IMG/VR virus record: IMGVR_UViG_3300036778_000025
Coordinates: 1-42,271 of that record
DNA length: 42,271 nucleotides
DNA from: a virus
Lineage: Duplodnaviria; Caudoviricetes
Direction: 5' to 3' (one strand)
This document shows, one piece after another, positions 33,629 to 42,271 of this stretch. Numbering within the stretch: the first letter of the stretch is position 1; every line of letters begins with the position of its first letter. A program made the position numbers and the translations under genes. Under the pieces are notes generated by a model. That model did not search any database and was not told the origin of the DNA. It worked only from the letters and a program-made list of their open reading frames with translations.

Positions 33629-35830
33629 CTAGCCACGAATCCCGATCGGCAATGGATCGGACGGCCCGCCGCCGCTGTCGGGCGGGATGGCGCCAGCGCC
33701 GGCGCGTAAGATGTCCTGCAAGGTCGGTTGCCGGTTCAACCAGCTATCGTTCTGCATGTTGCCGAGATATTGCTCCAGCGGATTGGTCAGCGGGATCACC
33801 GCTTCCGGGCCGCGCTCGCCGAGCAGCGCATGCGTCGGCCGGGTGACGATGCCGCCCTCGGCCATTGGCCGCGGAGCGGCGGCAATGCCGCCAGTTGCTT
33901 GCGCTGCCGTACCTTCCTGGCTGATGTTGCCGGGGTCGAGCACGTCGGCCTTCTGGAACAGCTTGAGAAAATCGGTGAAACTCTGGAACGTATCGATATG
34001 CGCGTCGTGCATTTTCTTCTGCGCGTCGGCGATGCGACCGACGGTGCCGGCGCGCTTCTCGCCGACTTCCGCCTCAAGCCGCTGATTAGTCAGTTCCTTG
34101 GCGCGCGCCACCTGCGGATCGGGCGGCGGCGGCGTCGATAGCATGCGCAAAATCTTCTGCTTCAATGACCCCGGCAGGCTCATGAATTCGATCAGCACGG
34201 TGGGCGGAATGGTGCCCGGCGGTAGCTGCTTAATGAGATCATAAGCATCCTGCATCAGATTGGACGTATCTGGTCCTTCATCCAGCGCGATGTCGACGTC
34301 GATTGCGCCGACGAAGTTAATCATGGTCGGCAAGCCGTATTGATCTAATCTCTGCCCATTCAGTTGCAGGAATTGCGCCATGCCGTTTTCGTCTTCGCCG
34401 GCGACCCTAATCCAGCGCTCGCCCTGCCAGGTGTTGACGATGGTATTCCACAGATTGCGATAGACACGGATTTTCCAGTTGCGATAGTTGCGCAGAAACG
34501 ATCCAAGCTCGGCCAGCGCCGCCTTCTGCATCAGGTTGATCGCCACCCCTGAGTGCTCGTCGGTGTCCGGCTGCGCCAGGATTGCCGGGTTGACGTTGGC
34601 AAACGAGATGATCTTTTGGCGCGCGTCCTGCATCAAGCTCAAATGCGCCGCGAGGTCTTCCTGCTTGTCGTCCGCCATTGGCGGGTCATAGCCCTTGTTC
34701 CATTCGATCAGGCCGTCGGGGCGGGCCATTTCCCGGCGCGTGGTTTCGACGTCGTCAACGGCGCCCTTTTGCACCTTGATACGCGTGACATTCGACAGAT
34801 GCAGCGCTTTCGCGCGCCGTTGATTGGTTTCGTCTTGCGGTGATTTCAGCAGCCGCACGAACGCATAGCGGTCGCCCTCATGGTCGACGAACGCCGAGGC
34901 CATGCAGTATTTGTTGATCGGATTGCCGCGTTGATCGCGGAACTTGGATACGCCGCGCTCTAGCTCGAGATAGGTTCCGCAATAAAAGCAGTAGAACCAC
35001 ATGCCTTTGTTTTTGTACCAGTGCTCGACCAGCCGCAGCCGCCCCTCATTCACATAAATCCATTTGATCTCGCGGTCGGAATGCGTGGTCATGTCGTAAC
35101 CCGACTCGACCATCAGAGTCCGGATGTCCTCTTCCTGGTCGGGGAACATCTCGACCGCTTCGTTAACGTCCATCCATTTGGCGACGCCCATCCAGCGGGC
35201 ATCGCTGAAATCGGCTTTCATCGAGCGCGGGTCATAGAAGAAATCTTCGCCGAACACGTGATTGAGCGCGATATCGGGGTCGTCGTGATCGCCCTCGATC
35301 AGGTCGAGCTCGACCCCGGCGATACCTTCGGTGGCCAGCTGCTCGGCGACGAACGACGCGGTGTAGGTTTCCCATTCGTTGGCGTCGAGCACCGCACGTA
35401 ACGATGCGCTGGCGACCTGGGCGCCTGATTCCGAGCGCGGGTGCTTGGGGTAGGCCTTCGGTTCCTGGCGCAGCCGTTCCACCAGGCCGACGATCTGATC
35501 GATCTTGGGGCCAATCTCGTTATAGGTGATGATTGGTTGCCGGCGCGCACGAAGTGCCCGGACTTCCTCGGCGGTGTACTGGGCGCCGTGGCGATAGTGG
35601 CGGGAGAGTTTCTGTTCCTCGATTTCGAGTTGCTTGGCGCCGATGTAATCGAGATACTGGCGCGACAGCTTGGTGACCGAGAATTCGCCGTTGGCATCTT
35701 CGCTGAGATCGTATTCGCCGGGGTTATTGGTGGTGAATAGGCCAACGGTCGATTGCGCCGATTGATAGTTCTGGCCGGGCTCGCGCCCGGGTCGTCGGCG
35801 CTGCAGCGGAACGACGTTAGCCGGCGCCAT
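33629..35830 (-). CDS. Portal protein, P22-like
   Basis: 733 aa; RRQPIITYNEI, FFYDPRS...DFSDARW, LKSPQDETNQRR; follows the terminase. Confidence 0.92.
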   Translation of the reverse strand: MAPANVVPLQRRRPGREPGQNYQSAQSTVGLFTTNNPGEYDLSEDANGEFSVTKLSRQYLDYIGAKQLEIEEQKLSRHYRHGAQYTAEEVRALRARRQPIITYNEIGPKIDQIVGLVERLRQEPKAYPKHPRSESGAQVASASLRAVLDANEWETYTASFVAEQLATEGIAGVELDLIEGDHDDPDIALNHVFGEDFFYDPRSMKADFSDARWMGVAKWMDVNEAVEMFPDQEEDIRTLMVESGYDMTTHSDREIKWIYVNEGRLRLVEHWYKNKGMWFYCFYCGTYLELERGVSKFRDQRGNPINKYCMASAFVDHEGDRYAFVRLLKSPQDETNQRRAKALHLSNVTRIKVQKGAVDDVETTRREMARPDGLIEWNKGYDPPMADDKQEDLAAHLSLMQDARQKIISFANVNPAILAQPDTDEHSGVAINLMQKAALAELGSFLRNYRNWKIRVYRNLWNTIVNTWQGERWIRVAGEDENGMAQFLQLNGQRLDQYGLPTMINFVGAIDVDIALDEGPDTSNLMQDAYDLIKQLPPGTIPPTVLIEFMSLPGSLKQKILRMLSTPPPPDPQVARAKELTNQRLEAEVGEKRAGTVGRIADAQKKMHDAHIDTFQSFTDFLKLFQKADVLDPGNISQEGTAAQATGGIAAAPRPMAEGGIVTRPTHALLGERGPEAVIPLTNPLEQYLGNMQNDSWLNRQPTLQDILRAGAGAIPPDSGGGPSDPLPIGIRG

Positions 35831-36045
35831 CAGGCAATTCCGATCGTGTGATCGCTGCGCAAGGCTTCCTCGGCGATGGCGTTGAGCTTACCGTGTGCTT
35901 CCACCATGTTGCAGCACAGGAACTTGATGACTTGGCCGCCGGCGTGCTCGCGACAAAGGGCAAAGTTGTATTCCGCGCCGGTTTCCATATCGGTAACCGT
36001 GCGCTCTAGCGGCTCGATCCACCAGACGAATTCAGGGTGCGGCAT
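35830..36045 (-). CDS. Hypothetical protein
   Basis: TGATG coupling to the portal gene. Confidence 0.55.
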   Translation of the reverse strand: MPHPEFVWWIEPLERTVTDMETGAEYNFALCREHAGGQVIKFLCCNMVEAHGKLNAIAEEALRSDHTIGIA

Positions 36046-36349
36046 GATTGATTTTTCCAAGGAGAATGCTGGCAAGTCGACCCGACTCTTCCCACCTCGC
36101 GTTGATCATATCTTTCTGACTTTGTGGTAACCACAAATCGTAAGCCTGCAATCGACTTTCCAAGTCCCCACATTTTTGTAATGATTTACAATAAGAGCTT
36201 TGTAGCCGCTCAAGAAGCAAATCGGCCGCCCGAGAATAAGATAACCCATTTTCCCTGGCTTGCTTTTCGATCCATCTTGCTTTCGCTCCATCAATTCTAA
36301 CCCGCATAGTTTTGGTCTTGCGTCTATTCTTAATCCTGCGTTGTTTCAT
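36032..36349 (-). CDS. Ribbon-helix-helix protein in an AT-rich insert
   Basis: TMRVRIDGAKARWIEKQARENGLSYSRAADLLL. Confidence 0.6.
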   Translation of the reverse strand: MKQRRIKNRRKTKTMRVRIDGAKARWIEKQARENGLSYSRAADLLLERLQSSYCKSLQKCGDLESRLQAYDLWLPQSQKDMINARWEESGRLASILLGKINHAAP

Positions 36350-36351
36350 AG

Positions 36352-36386
36352 TGGCCCTTGTTTGTTGATCATGGCCCTTGTTTGTT
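36352..36386. repeat. 15-bp direct repeat upstream of the RHH gene
   Basis: TGGCCCTTGTTTGTT at 36352-36366 and 36372-36386. Confidence 0.85.
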
Positions 36387-36456
36387 TGCTTTGCTTCATT
36401 GATGTCGTCACGCTTGCATTTTACGGTGCCCACCCCAAAACAGAGCGAGGGTAGTC

Positions 36457-36774
36457 ATGGCCCCCAACATCTACAAAATCCCCGACCCGTTTGACCCCAA
36501 GTGGTACAACACGGTCTATCTGCGAAGCCGCTACTGGAAATGGCGCCGCCTGCAATACTGGATGTGGTGCGACGGCCGTTGCGAAATCACCAACTGCACC
36601 CGCAAGGCAACCGTTCTGCATCATCTCAGCTATGACAACCTGTATTGCGAGCCGAACACGGACCTGATGGCGCTGTGCCGCGACTGCCATGCCTGGATGC
36701 ACAAGTGGCCTGACAATGACAACACGCCGCAACTCTCGCTCGAATTCGAGAAACCGAAAAAGACCGGCTCATAA
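36457..36774 (+). CDS. HNH endonuclease, opposite strand to the late operon
   Basis: YLRSRYWK.RR...CE..C...VLHHLSYDNL...DLMALCRDCH. Confidence 0.85.
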   Translation: MAPNIYKIPDPFDPKWYNTVYLRSRYWKWRRLQYWMWCDGRCEITNCTRKATVLHHLSYDNLYCEPNTDLMALCRDCHAWMHKWPDNDNTPQLSLEFEKPKKTGS

Positions 36775-38283
36775 CATCTTGATCGAATCGGTTGGATACT
36801 GTTCCTCGATCGCGTCGCGATAGCCATCGCGGCGGTCGGGGTCTTCCTCTTTCTTCGGCTCGACGCCCGGCGCCATCCAATCCAGCAACTGGCCGGCGAG
36901 TCCCAGCGCATCGACCTGATCGTCGTGCTTGCCCGACGGAAACGACAGCAACTCACTCCGCAGCGCCTCATACCAGGGCGCGTCGATCGGCACATACATG
37001 CCGTCAAGCGCCATCCGACCGCGAATGGATGCCGCCCGAATAGCCTTGTCACCGCGGGTCGGGAACTGCTCGCGGCCAAGCCATGCCTTGCGCTCGCGCA
37101 AGCGCCGATCGAGATACGGACCAATGCCTGACGTGATCTGAATGTTTTCCTCGGCCCAACCGTGCGGGCGCCATGCGATCACCATGTCGCACAGCGCTTC
37201 CACCCATTCGGCCGGATCGGCTTGCTTGCGCCACAGGTCGAGCAACCACATGCGGCCATCTGGGTCGAGCCCGACCACGACGTGCACGGTGTAATCGCCG
37301 CCGTCGGCGGTCACCGCGTAGTCGGAGGCGCCGTAGACGTTGAGCGTTCGACGAGCCGGAGTTTCCGCCAACCGGTACGGTCGCAACCAGTCGGAGCGGA
37401 AAAATGTCCCCTCTTCCGGTGCCGGGCGCTGCTGAAACAGCGACGCCCAGTTGCCGGGCAGTTGCGTGGCTTTTTCCTGACGCAGAAAGTCGGCATAGCC
37501 GTACTCGTCGTCCCATAGCCATTCACCGGGCGCACGGCCGAGCTGGTCATCGTACTCGGCTTGTGCCGGCAGGTTCAGCACGTCCCATTGCTGGCCGCCG
37601 TGGCGCATTTCCTCAAGGATGCGCCCGGCCAGATCGTCTTCATGCCAGCGCGTCTGGATCAGCACCATACGGGCGCCAGGCTTGAGCCGGGGCGATAAAT
37701 CCGACTTGTACCATTCCCACACCCGTTCACGGACGGGCTTACTGTTGGCGTCCTGACGGCTTCTGACGGGGTCATCGATCACCGCCAGATCGGCGCGGAA
37801 GCCGGCAATACCGACGCCAACGCCAGCGGCGTAGTATTCGCCGCCGCTGCGGAGTGCCCAGCGCCCAGCAGCCGTAGAGTCGCCGGATAGCTCCAAGCCG
37901 AGCGTAGTCCCGTGCTGACGGATCAGGTTGCGGACGCGGCGACCCCATTTTTCGGCGAGCTCCGTGGTGTGTGAGGCGGCGATGATCTGCGCCGTCGGGT
38001 TGTTGGCGAGGTACCAAGGCTCAAACAGAATGCTGCAGTACGTGCTTTTGGCCGAGCCCGGCGGCATAAACACCGCCAGTCGCGTAATCTTGCCGGCGTT
38101 GACGGCTTCGAGCTTGTCGATCAGCAATTGGTGGTGATCGGCGGGTTCGTATCCGGCGAGGCGGGCGAATTCAGTTAAGCTTCGTTTGATCCGTTGCCGC
38201 CGGATCAGCTCCGTTGCCGCCGTTTGCCGGGTGATCGCCGCGGGCGATGGCGTGGAGCTCGGCGTCAGTAAGCTGTTCAACAT
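36769..38283 (-). CDS. terL: Terminase large subunit
   Basis: MPPGSAKST Walker A, VIDDP Walker B, IQTRWHEDDLAGR and HDDQVDA. Confidence 0.96.
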   Translation of the reverse strand: MLNSLLTPSSTPSPAAITRQTAATELIRRQRIKRSLTEFARLAGYEPADHHQLLIDKLEAVNAGKITRLAVFMPPGSAKSTYCSILFEPWYLANNPTAQIIAASHTTELAEKWGRRVRNLIRQHGTTLGLELSGDSTAAGRWALRSGGEYYAAGVGVGIAGFRADLAVIDDPVRSRQDANSKPVRERVWEWYKSDLSPRLKPGARMVLIQTRWHEDDLAGRILEEMRHGGQQWDVLNLPAQAEYDDQLGRAPGEWLWDDEYGYADFLRQEKATQLPGNWASLFQQRPAPEEGTFFRSDWLRPYRLAETPARRTLNVYGASDYAVTADGGDYTVHVVVGLDPDGRMWLLDLWRKQADPAEWVEALCDMVIAWRPHGWAEENIQITSGIGPYLDRRLRERKAWLGREQFPTRGDKAIRAASIRGRMALDGMYVPIDAPWYEALRSELLSFPSGKHDDQVDALGLAGQLLDWMAPGVEPKKEEDPDRRDGYRDAIEEQYPTDSIKML

Positions 38284-38680
38284 CAGTTGCGATGCCGTGT
38301 TTGATGACGGTGGCGAACATGCCGACTTCGAGGCCGAGCAAGTGTAGCGCCTTGTTGACGGCGGTGTAGTTGTGATCGGCCCTGGCCTCGAGGACGTTGG
38401 CGACCAGCTTGTCGACGATCCAGTCGCGCGTTGCCACGTATGCCGGATGCGGCTGGGTCGCCTGCCGGACTTCCTCGAGGCGCAGTTCGGCGATGCGGGC
38501 GATGATGTCCGGCTTGTACATCAGGCTCGTCGCAGTAGCGCTGGCAACACTCGAACTGTATCGCTGCAATCCGCAAGCGATGCGGGCCTGCTGCACGCAA
38601 TCCCGGCGCAGTTGCCCGGTGAAAGCGACGTTACGGCAGAAGTGCTCATGGAATGGGTTGAGCAGCGGCTTGCTTACCAT
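38171..38680 (-). CDS. terS: Terminase small subunit
   Basis: HEHFCR...ATSLM.KPDIIARIAELR...NKALHLLG...GMF; overlaps terL. Confidence 0.85.
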   Translation of the reverse strand: MVSKPLLNPFHEHFCRNVAFTGQLRRDCVQQARIACGLQRYSSSVASATATSLMYKPDIIARIAELRLEEVRQATQPHPAYVATRDWIVDKLVANVLEARADHNYTAVNKALHLLGLEVGMFATVIKHGIATDVEQLTDAELHAIARGDHPANGGNGADPAATDQTKLN

Positions 38681-38683
38681 GGT

Positions 38684-38914
38684 TCAAATCCGTGAATGAT
38701 AAAGCGGAACATTGACCCCGACCAATCCCAGCAATTGCAGGATCACCCATAGTACGATCAGCACTAGAATGACCGTCAGCAGCACGTTGACCAGCGTTCG
38801 GAACGGCGGCGCCAATGGAATCAGCGGCAGCAATTGCTGCACGCCCCACCACACCACACCGACGATGATCAGCGTGAATACGATGGCGAGCAGCGCGCCG
38901 ATGATGCCCATCAC
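38684..38914 (-). CDS. Two-TM membrane protein, holin candidate
   Basis: 76 aa, two long hydrophobic helices. Confidence 0.6.
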   Translation of the reverse strand: MMGIIGALLAIVFTLIIVGVVWWGVQQLLPLIPLAPPFRTLVNVLLTVILVLIVLWVILQLLGLVGVNVPLYHSRI

Positions 38915-39120
38915 TCGTATCCGTGGCGCTTGGCGGCGCGCTCGGAGATGGCGCCGCGCTTGCGCATGCGCGCCACTCGGTTCGGCAGCTTGGATCGCTT
39001 CTTGCCGGTATCGGCCGCGTTGAAGTCCTTGCCGACTGATTGCGGCACGCCGCCGTAGCCGCCCGGCGTGTGGGCGGCGGCGGCCATCAGCCTAGCTTGC
39101 GCTTGCGACTTGCTCGGCAT
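38911..39120 (-). CDS. Conserved small basic phage protein
   Basis: MPSKSQAQARLMAAAAH...GVPQSVGKDF. Confidence 0.75.
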   Translation of the reverse strand: MPSKSQAQARLMAAAAHTPGGYGGVPQSVGKDFNAADTGKKRSKLPNRVARMRKRGAISERAAKRHGYE

Positions 39121-39466
39121 TTGGTTCGTGCTGTTCGGCATGCTCGGGGTCGAGCTTATCGGCGATCTCTCGAAGCTCGTTGATGATGCCGGTCGACACC
39201 GGCGCGTTGTGCTGCGCCTGATGGTGCAACGCTATCAGCAAATTGCGCAACCGCTCGAGCGGCGGCACTTCGGGTTCGGGCTCGGGCGGCGGAGGTTGCT
39301 CGGATGGCGCATCGATTTCGGCTTCCGGCTCGGCTTCGTGCACGGTGTCGTCGTCGTAAACATCTTGCGATTTTCTGGCCATGACATGCCTCGTTTTATG
39401 CGGCTTATGTGGCTGCGGTTTGGATTTGGTCTTGTGTTTGTAGGCGCCGCGGGCTGAGCGTTTCAC
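39092..39466 (-). CDS. Hypothetical protein (basic/acidic segments plus helical hairpin)
   Basis: GTGA coupling; alternative ATG at 39382. Confidence 0.6.
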   Translation of the reverse strand: MKRSARGAYKHKTKSKPQPHKPHKTRHVMARKSQDVYDDDTVHEAEPEAEIDAPSEQPPPPEPEPEVPPLERLRNLLIALHHQAQHNAPVSTGIINELREIADKLDPEHAEQHEPNAEQVASAS

Positions 39467-39879
39467 ATCGTCCTACGCGAAATCTTCCCCTCGTACATTG
39501 GGCCGCTCTCGATCACGGTTCCCTTGGTGGCCGGCGGGGTTTTGACAATGCCGCTTTTGCCTTTGGCGGTCGAGCCGGGCGGGAACTTCTTCGCTACCAA
39601 CGAACGCTGGGTGAGATGGTTCACGGTTGGCGCCCGGTTGCCATGGGCGCCAGCGGCATGCGATGGCATCGTGCCGCGCTGGTGCGCCTTGATGTTGATG
39701 TGGTTGGGGCTGAGCTCACCGGCCTTGGCCTCACCCTCGTCGCTGGCGTTGTCCTGGTGCATCGGCGCCATTTTGCTTTTCTGCGCCTTGGTGCCCTTGA
39801 GCACCGACGGCTTGTGCTTGGCGACGGCGCGTTCGGAGATGACGCCGGCGCGCATCAGCGCATGGATCGATCGCGGCAT
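39463..39879 (-). CDS. Basic, disordered hypothetical protein
   Basis: AAGGG RBS; Lys/His-rich. Confidence 0.65.
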   Translation of the reverse strand: MPRSIHALMRAGVISERAVAKHKPSVLKGTKAQKSKMAPMHQDNASDEGEAKAGELSPNHINIKAHQRGTMPSHAAGAHGNRAPTVNHLTQRSLVAKKFPPGSTAKGKSGIVKTPPATKGTVIESGPMYEGKISRRTM

Positions 39880-39892
39880 GTTAGTTTCCCTT

Positions 39893-41488
39893 TCACGACG
39901 AAGCGTAAGCCATGGTGACCTGGCTGCCGCCATTTGTTGTTGGATTTGCATAGCCTGCGCTGGCCGCACAGGTAACGCCGCCGCCCGCTCCGGGCTGCAG
40001 CACCTGATTCCAATTCACCGGCAGAGGGTTTGGGCCGAGCCGCACGGTAATGCCGCCGAACACGGCTATGATGTTGATATCGGTGCAGGTAAAAGCACCA
40101 TCGTTAGGCACGGGAATTTCGATTTCGAGTAACGCCTGTTCCGGGATAGCGGTGCGGCCAGAGAGCACGACACCGACCAAAGCAGCGGGTGGATTTGCAA
40201 AATACACGTCCAAGGGCGTGCCGAGTGGCTGATTGAAATTAGGCGCGGTATTTTTCGGATTGCCGCGGTAGAATCCGTTCCTGAAAAAGCCGCTAATGCC
40301 GCCAAACTCGCGCACCACGCCCCAGACGCCCTGCGGCATGTGAATGGGAAAGAGTCCGGAGCTCCACTGATGGTCGACGCCATTGGGGTCCTTACCGTTG
40401 AGGGTCGGGAACATCTGCCAGGCTTGCCCCAGCGGGTCTGCGCCTTTCTGGCGCAACAAGCACGGTTGGATGACGAAGTGACTATCGGCTGGTTCCAGCC
40501 CGGGCCAAACCAGCAGCGACACATTGTTTGTTGTTGCGACTTGCGAAACGCCGAAAAATGTCGCCATGTAACTGATGCGTTGCGGCAAGACGTATTGCTG
40601 ACCGCAAGTCAACAGCGCGCCCTCATAAGTCCAAGGTCCGGCCTGCGGTGTTGCCGCACGTTGCTGTTGCCGGCGGCGCAGCCAATTCTTGCCGCCTTGC
40701 AGATCATCGCGGTGGGCATCGAGCCACGCCTGCGCGTCCGGCGACAGCGGCGGCGGATCGTAAATCCGTCCTGAGCCGTGCTCGATCAACATGTTTGATT
40801 CGAAGATGACGGCGCAGCCTTCGGGGACGATGCGGGTGGTGTTGATGCGCGCCTCAACGGCGTCCCAATGGCGCCAGGGCTCGCCATGAATCGCGGGCGC
40901 CGCCACGTCATCCTGAGCACTTGCAGGGTCGGCCGTGCAGCCGCAGGGTTCAGCCTGAACGACCGCCGGGCTCAAGCTGGTCGGCGTGATGCCGAGCAGA
41001 TAAATGCTGGCAATGAGTTCAGATGCCGCCTCGGAGTACGTCGGCCAATTGCTCCACCACGGCGATGCACTGATGACCATTGTCAGCGTGTAGAAGCCGC
41101 GCACCTGCACGGTCAGCGTGGTGCTCGGTCCGTCAAAATTCATCCACAGCGACGGCGCCCAGTCGGGTTCTTGCAGGAGCATGTAGCTGGTGATTTGCGC
41201 GATTGCGTTGAGATCGGCCGTGTTGGTCGTCTGCGTGCCGTTGGTGAGTTGCGACCACACGTCGGCCAATTCGACCAGTGTGATTGCGGGGGCCGGCGCC
41301 GCATGTGGTGCGTTGAACGACAATTGGCCGATTGCGGCGTTGAGCTCGTCGAGGGGTGGGCCAGGGCTCAGTTGCGCGGCGACGTCCTGCAGTTGGGCGA
41401 TTAGCGCGGTGGCGATCGGCGCATTGTTGGCGGCATTGAACGTCAGCCGCGTGATGGCGTCCTGGAGCTCGTCGGTAGTTGCACTCAT
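39893..41488 (-). CDS. 531-aa protein: two N-terminal helical repeats and a C-terminal beta domain
   Basis: ATG 41488; LLVWPGLEP...VIQPCL motif. Confidence 0.65.
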   Translation of the reverse strand: MSATTDELQDAITRLTFNAANNAPIATALIAQLQDVAAQLSPGPPLDELNAAIGQLSFNAPHAAPAPAITLVELADVWSQLTNGTQTTNTADLNAIAQITSYMLLQEPDWAPSLWMNFDGPSTTLTVQVRGFYTLTMVISASPWWSNWPTYSEAASELIASIYLLGITPTSLSPAVVQAEPCGCTADPASAQDDVAAPAIHGEPWRHWDAVEARINTTRIVPEGCAVIFESNMLIEHGSGRIYDPPPLSPDAQAWLDAHRDDLQGGKNWLRRRQQQRAATPQAGPWTYEGALLTCGQQYVLPQRISYMATFFGVSQVATTNNVSLLVWPGLEPADSHFVIQPCLLRQKGADPLGQAWQMFPTLNGKDPNGVDHQWSSGLFPIHMPQGVWGVVREFGGISGFFRNGFYRGNPKNTAPNFNQPLGTPLDVYFANPPAALVGVVLSGRTAIPEQALLEIEIPVPNDGAFTCTDINIIAVFGGITVRLGPNPLPVNWNQVLQPGAGGGVTCAASAGYANPTTNGGSQVTMAYASS

Positions 41489-41815
41489 GGCATGATCCGA
41501 GATGCGCGCCGGGCGGCACGACGGTGGCCTCCGCGGCCGCCCGGCCGATTGGCGACGTCCTCGGATAACCTGCGAGGGTACGAGAACGCCCGCCAACGGG
41601 GAATTGGGGAAACGCAAAAGGCGGCCGCTGGTGGCGACCGCCCTGGTCCCTTTCAAGCTAGGGGCATTGGGAATGTTGCAATAGGCTGCCCCCCTCTGTC
41701 AAGTGGTGGTGTATAGGCCCTCAATCGCCCACAAACGGCCGCTGGTGCGTTTTGCCGGGGTGGGGCTATGTGGATGGCCCTACTGGCGCAAAATCGCTGT
41801 ACGGCCACCTGTGCC

Positions 41816-42271
41816 TTAGCTGATCTGGTACATCTTGACCGTGTTGCCATCGGCAAAGGTATCGGTAAACACGCCGCCGCTGATGGCAATCGGCGCGCGC
41901 TGGAACAGCAGCACGTCGGCCGCCCCAGCACTGGCATGCGAGGCATTTGCGGCCAGAGTCAGCGTCGCGCTCGCCGTCGTGTAAGCCGAGACGGTGCCGA
42001 TCGCAAAGCCCGTGCTGGCGTCGAACACGGTCATGCCATTCGCCACCAGCCCGTTATTCACGCCGGCCATGCTGATGGTCGCGCTCGCCGTGGTGAAAGC
42101 CGCAGCCGCCACAATCGCCGTCACGATCGCCGTGGCCGTCGTGGCATTGGTGTCGGCCAACGTGATGGTTGCGGTCTGGTTGGTCAGCGACTGTGAGTAA
42201 CGCGGCATCACCAACACGTAGAAACCGTTTTTCAGCAGGTTGGTAGTGCCGCCCTGATACCATTTCGCGCA
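41816..42271 (-). CDS. C-terminus of the cadherin-repeat/GH-like protein that starts at 2673
   Basis: Same frame across the terminal repeat; ends GGVFTDTFADGNTVKMYQIS-stop. Confidence 0.88.
   Translation of the reverse strand, partial: CAKWYQGGTTNLLKNGFYVLVMPRYSQSLTNQTATITLADTNATTATAIVTAIVAAAAFTTASATISMAGVNNGLVANGMTVFDASTGFAIGTVSAYTTASATLTLAANASHASAGAADVLLFQRAPIAISGGVFTDTFADGNTVKMYQIS
42128..42271 (+). repeat. Terminal direct repeat, right copy
   Basis: 143/144 identical to 1-144. Confidence 0.97.

Larger units (their letters stand above)
1..42271. mobile_element. Complete temperate podovirus-like (P22-type architecture) phage genome, circularly permuted, about 42,127 bp unique
   Basis: Full set of modules: immunity, replication, recombination, integrase, packaging, head, short tail/ejection, lysis. 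Terminal direct repeat present and one ORF reads in frame across the ends. No tape measure or tail tube gene seen. Confidence 0.95.

Noticed and set aside
1-42271. tRNA, rRNA, CRISPR, retron or IS elements
   Set aside because: None was recognised by eye; covariance-model searches were not run.

Overview
The window is an apparently complete, circularly permuted temperate phage genome of about 42.1 kb. It has a 144-bp terminal direct repeat with one mismatch and a P22-like podovirus layout. The host is probably a Hyphomicrobiales/Rhizobiales alphaproteobacterium (inferred from GC content, a GcrA-like HTH gene and the gene families present). The + strand carries cI and the early recombination operon (ERF, MT-A70 methylase, DUF1367, DUF968, tyrosine integrase), then a candidate attP and accessory genes. 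The - strand carries cro and replication genes, then the late operon: terS/terL, portal, scaffold, major capsid, adaptor, tail hub, tailspike, three ejection proteins, tail fibres and an amidase endolysin. The most striking observation is that six late-strand proteins begin with cleavable-looking export signal peptides: a capsid cement-like protein, a tail fibre with a P22-type particle-binding domain, a fibre-like protein, a small beta-sandwich protein, an SGNH hydrolase and a 994-aa four-repeat cadherin/Ig-like glycoside-hydrolase-like protein that crosses the contig ends. Five of the six have Gln at +1 and five have even Cys counts. This suggests virion parts are made in the periplasm and added at or after lysis. 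Other notable features are a chromosomal-type parS site with no phage parAB, a dif-like candidate attP, a tape-measure-type motif at the portal C-terminus, an Arc-like gene missing from the ORF track with a divergent promoter pair, and an overprinted gene inside the replication gene. All family assignments come from motif recognition by eye; no searches were run.
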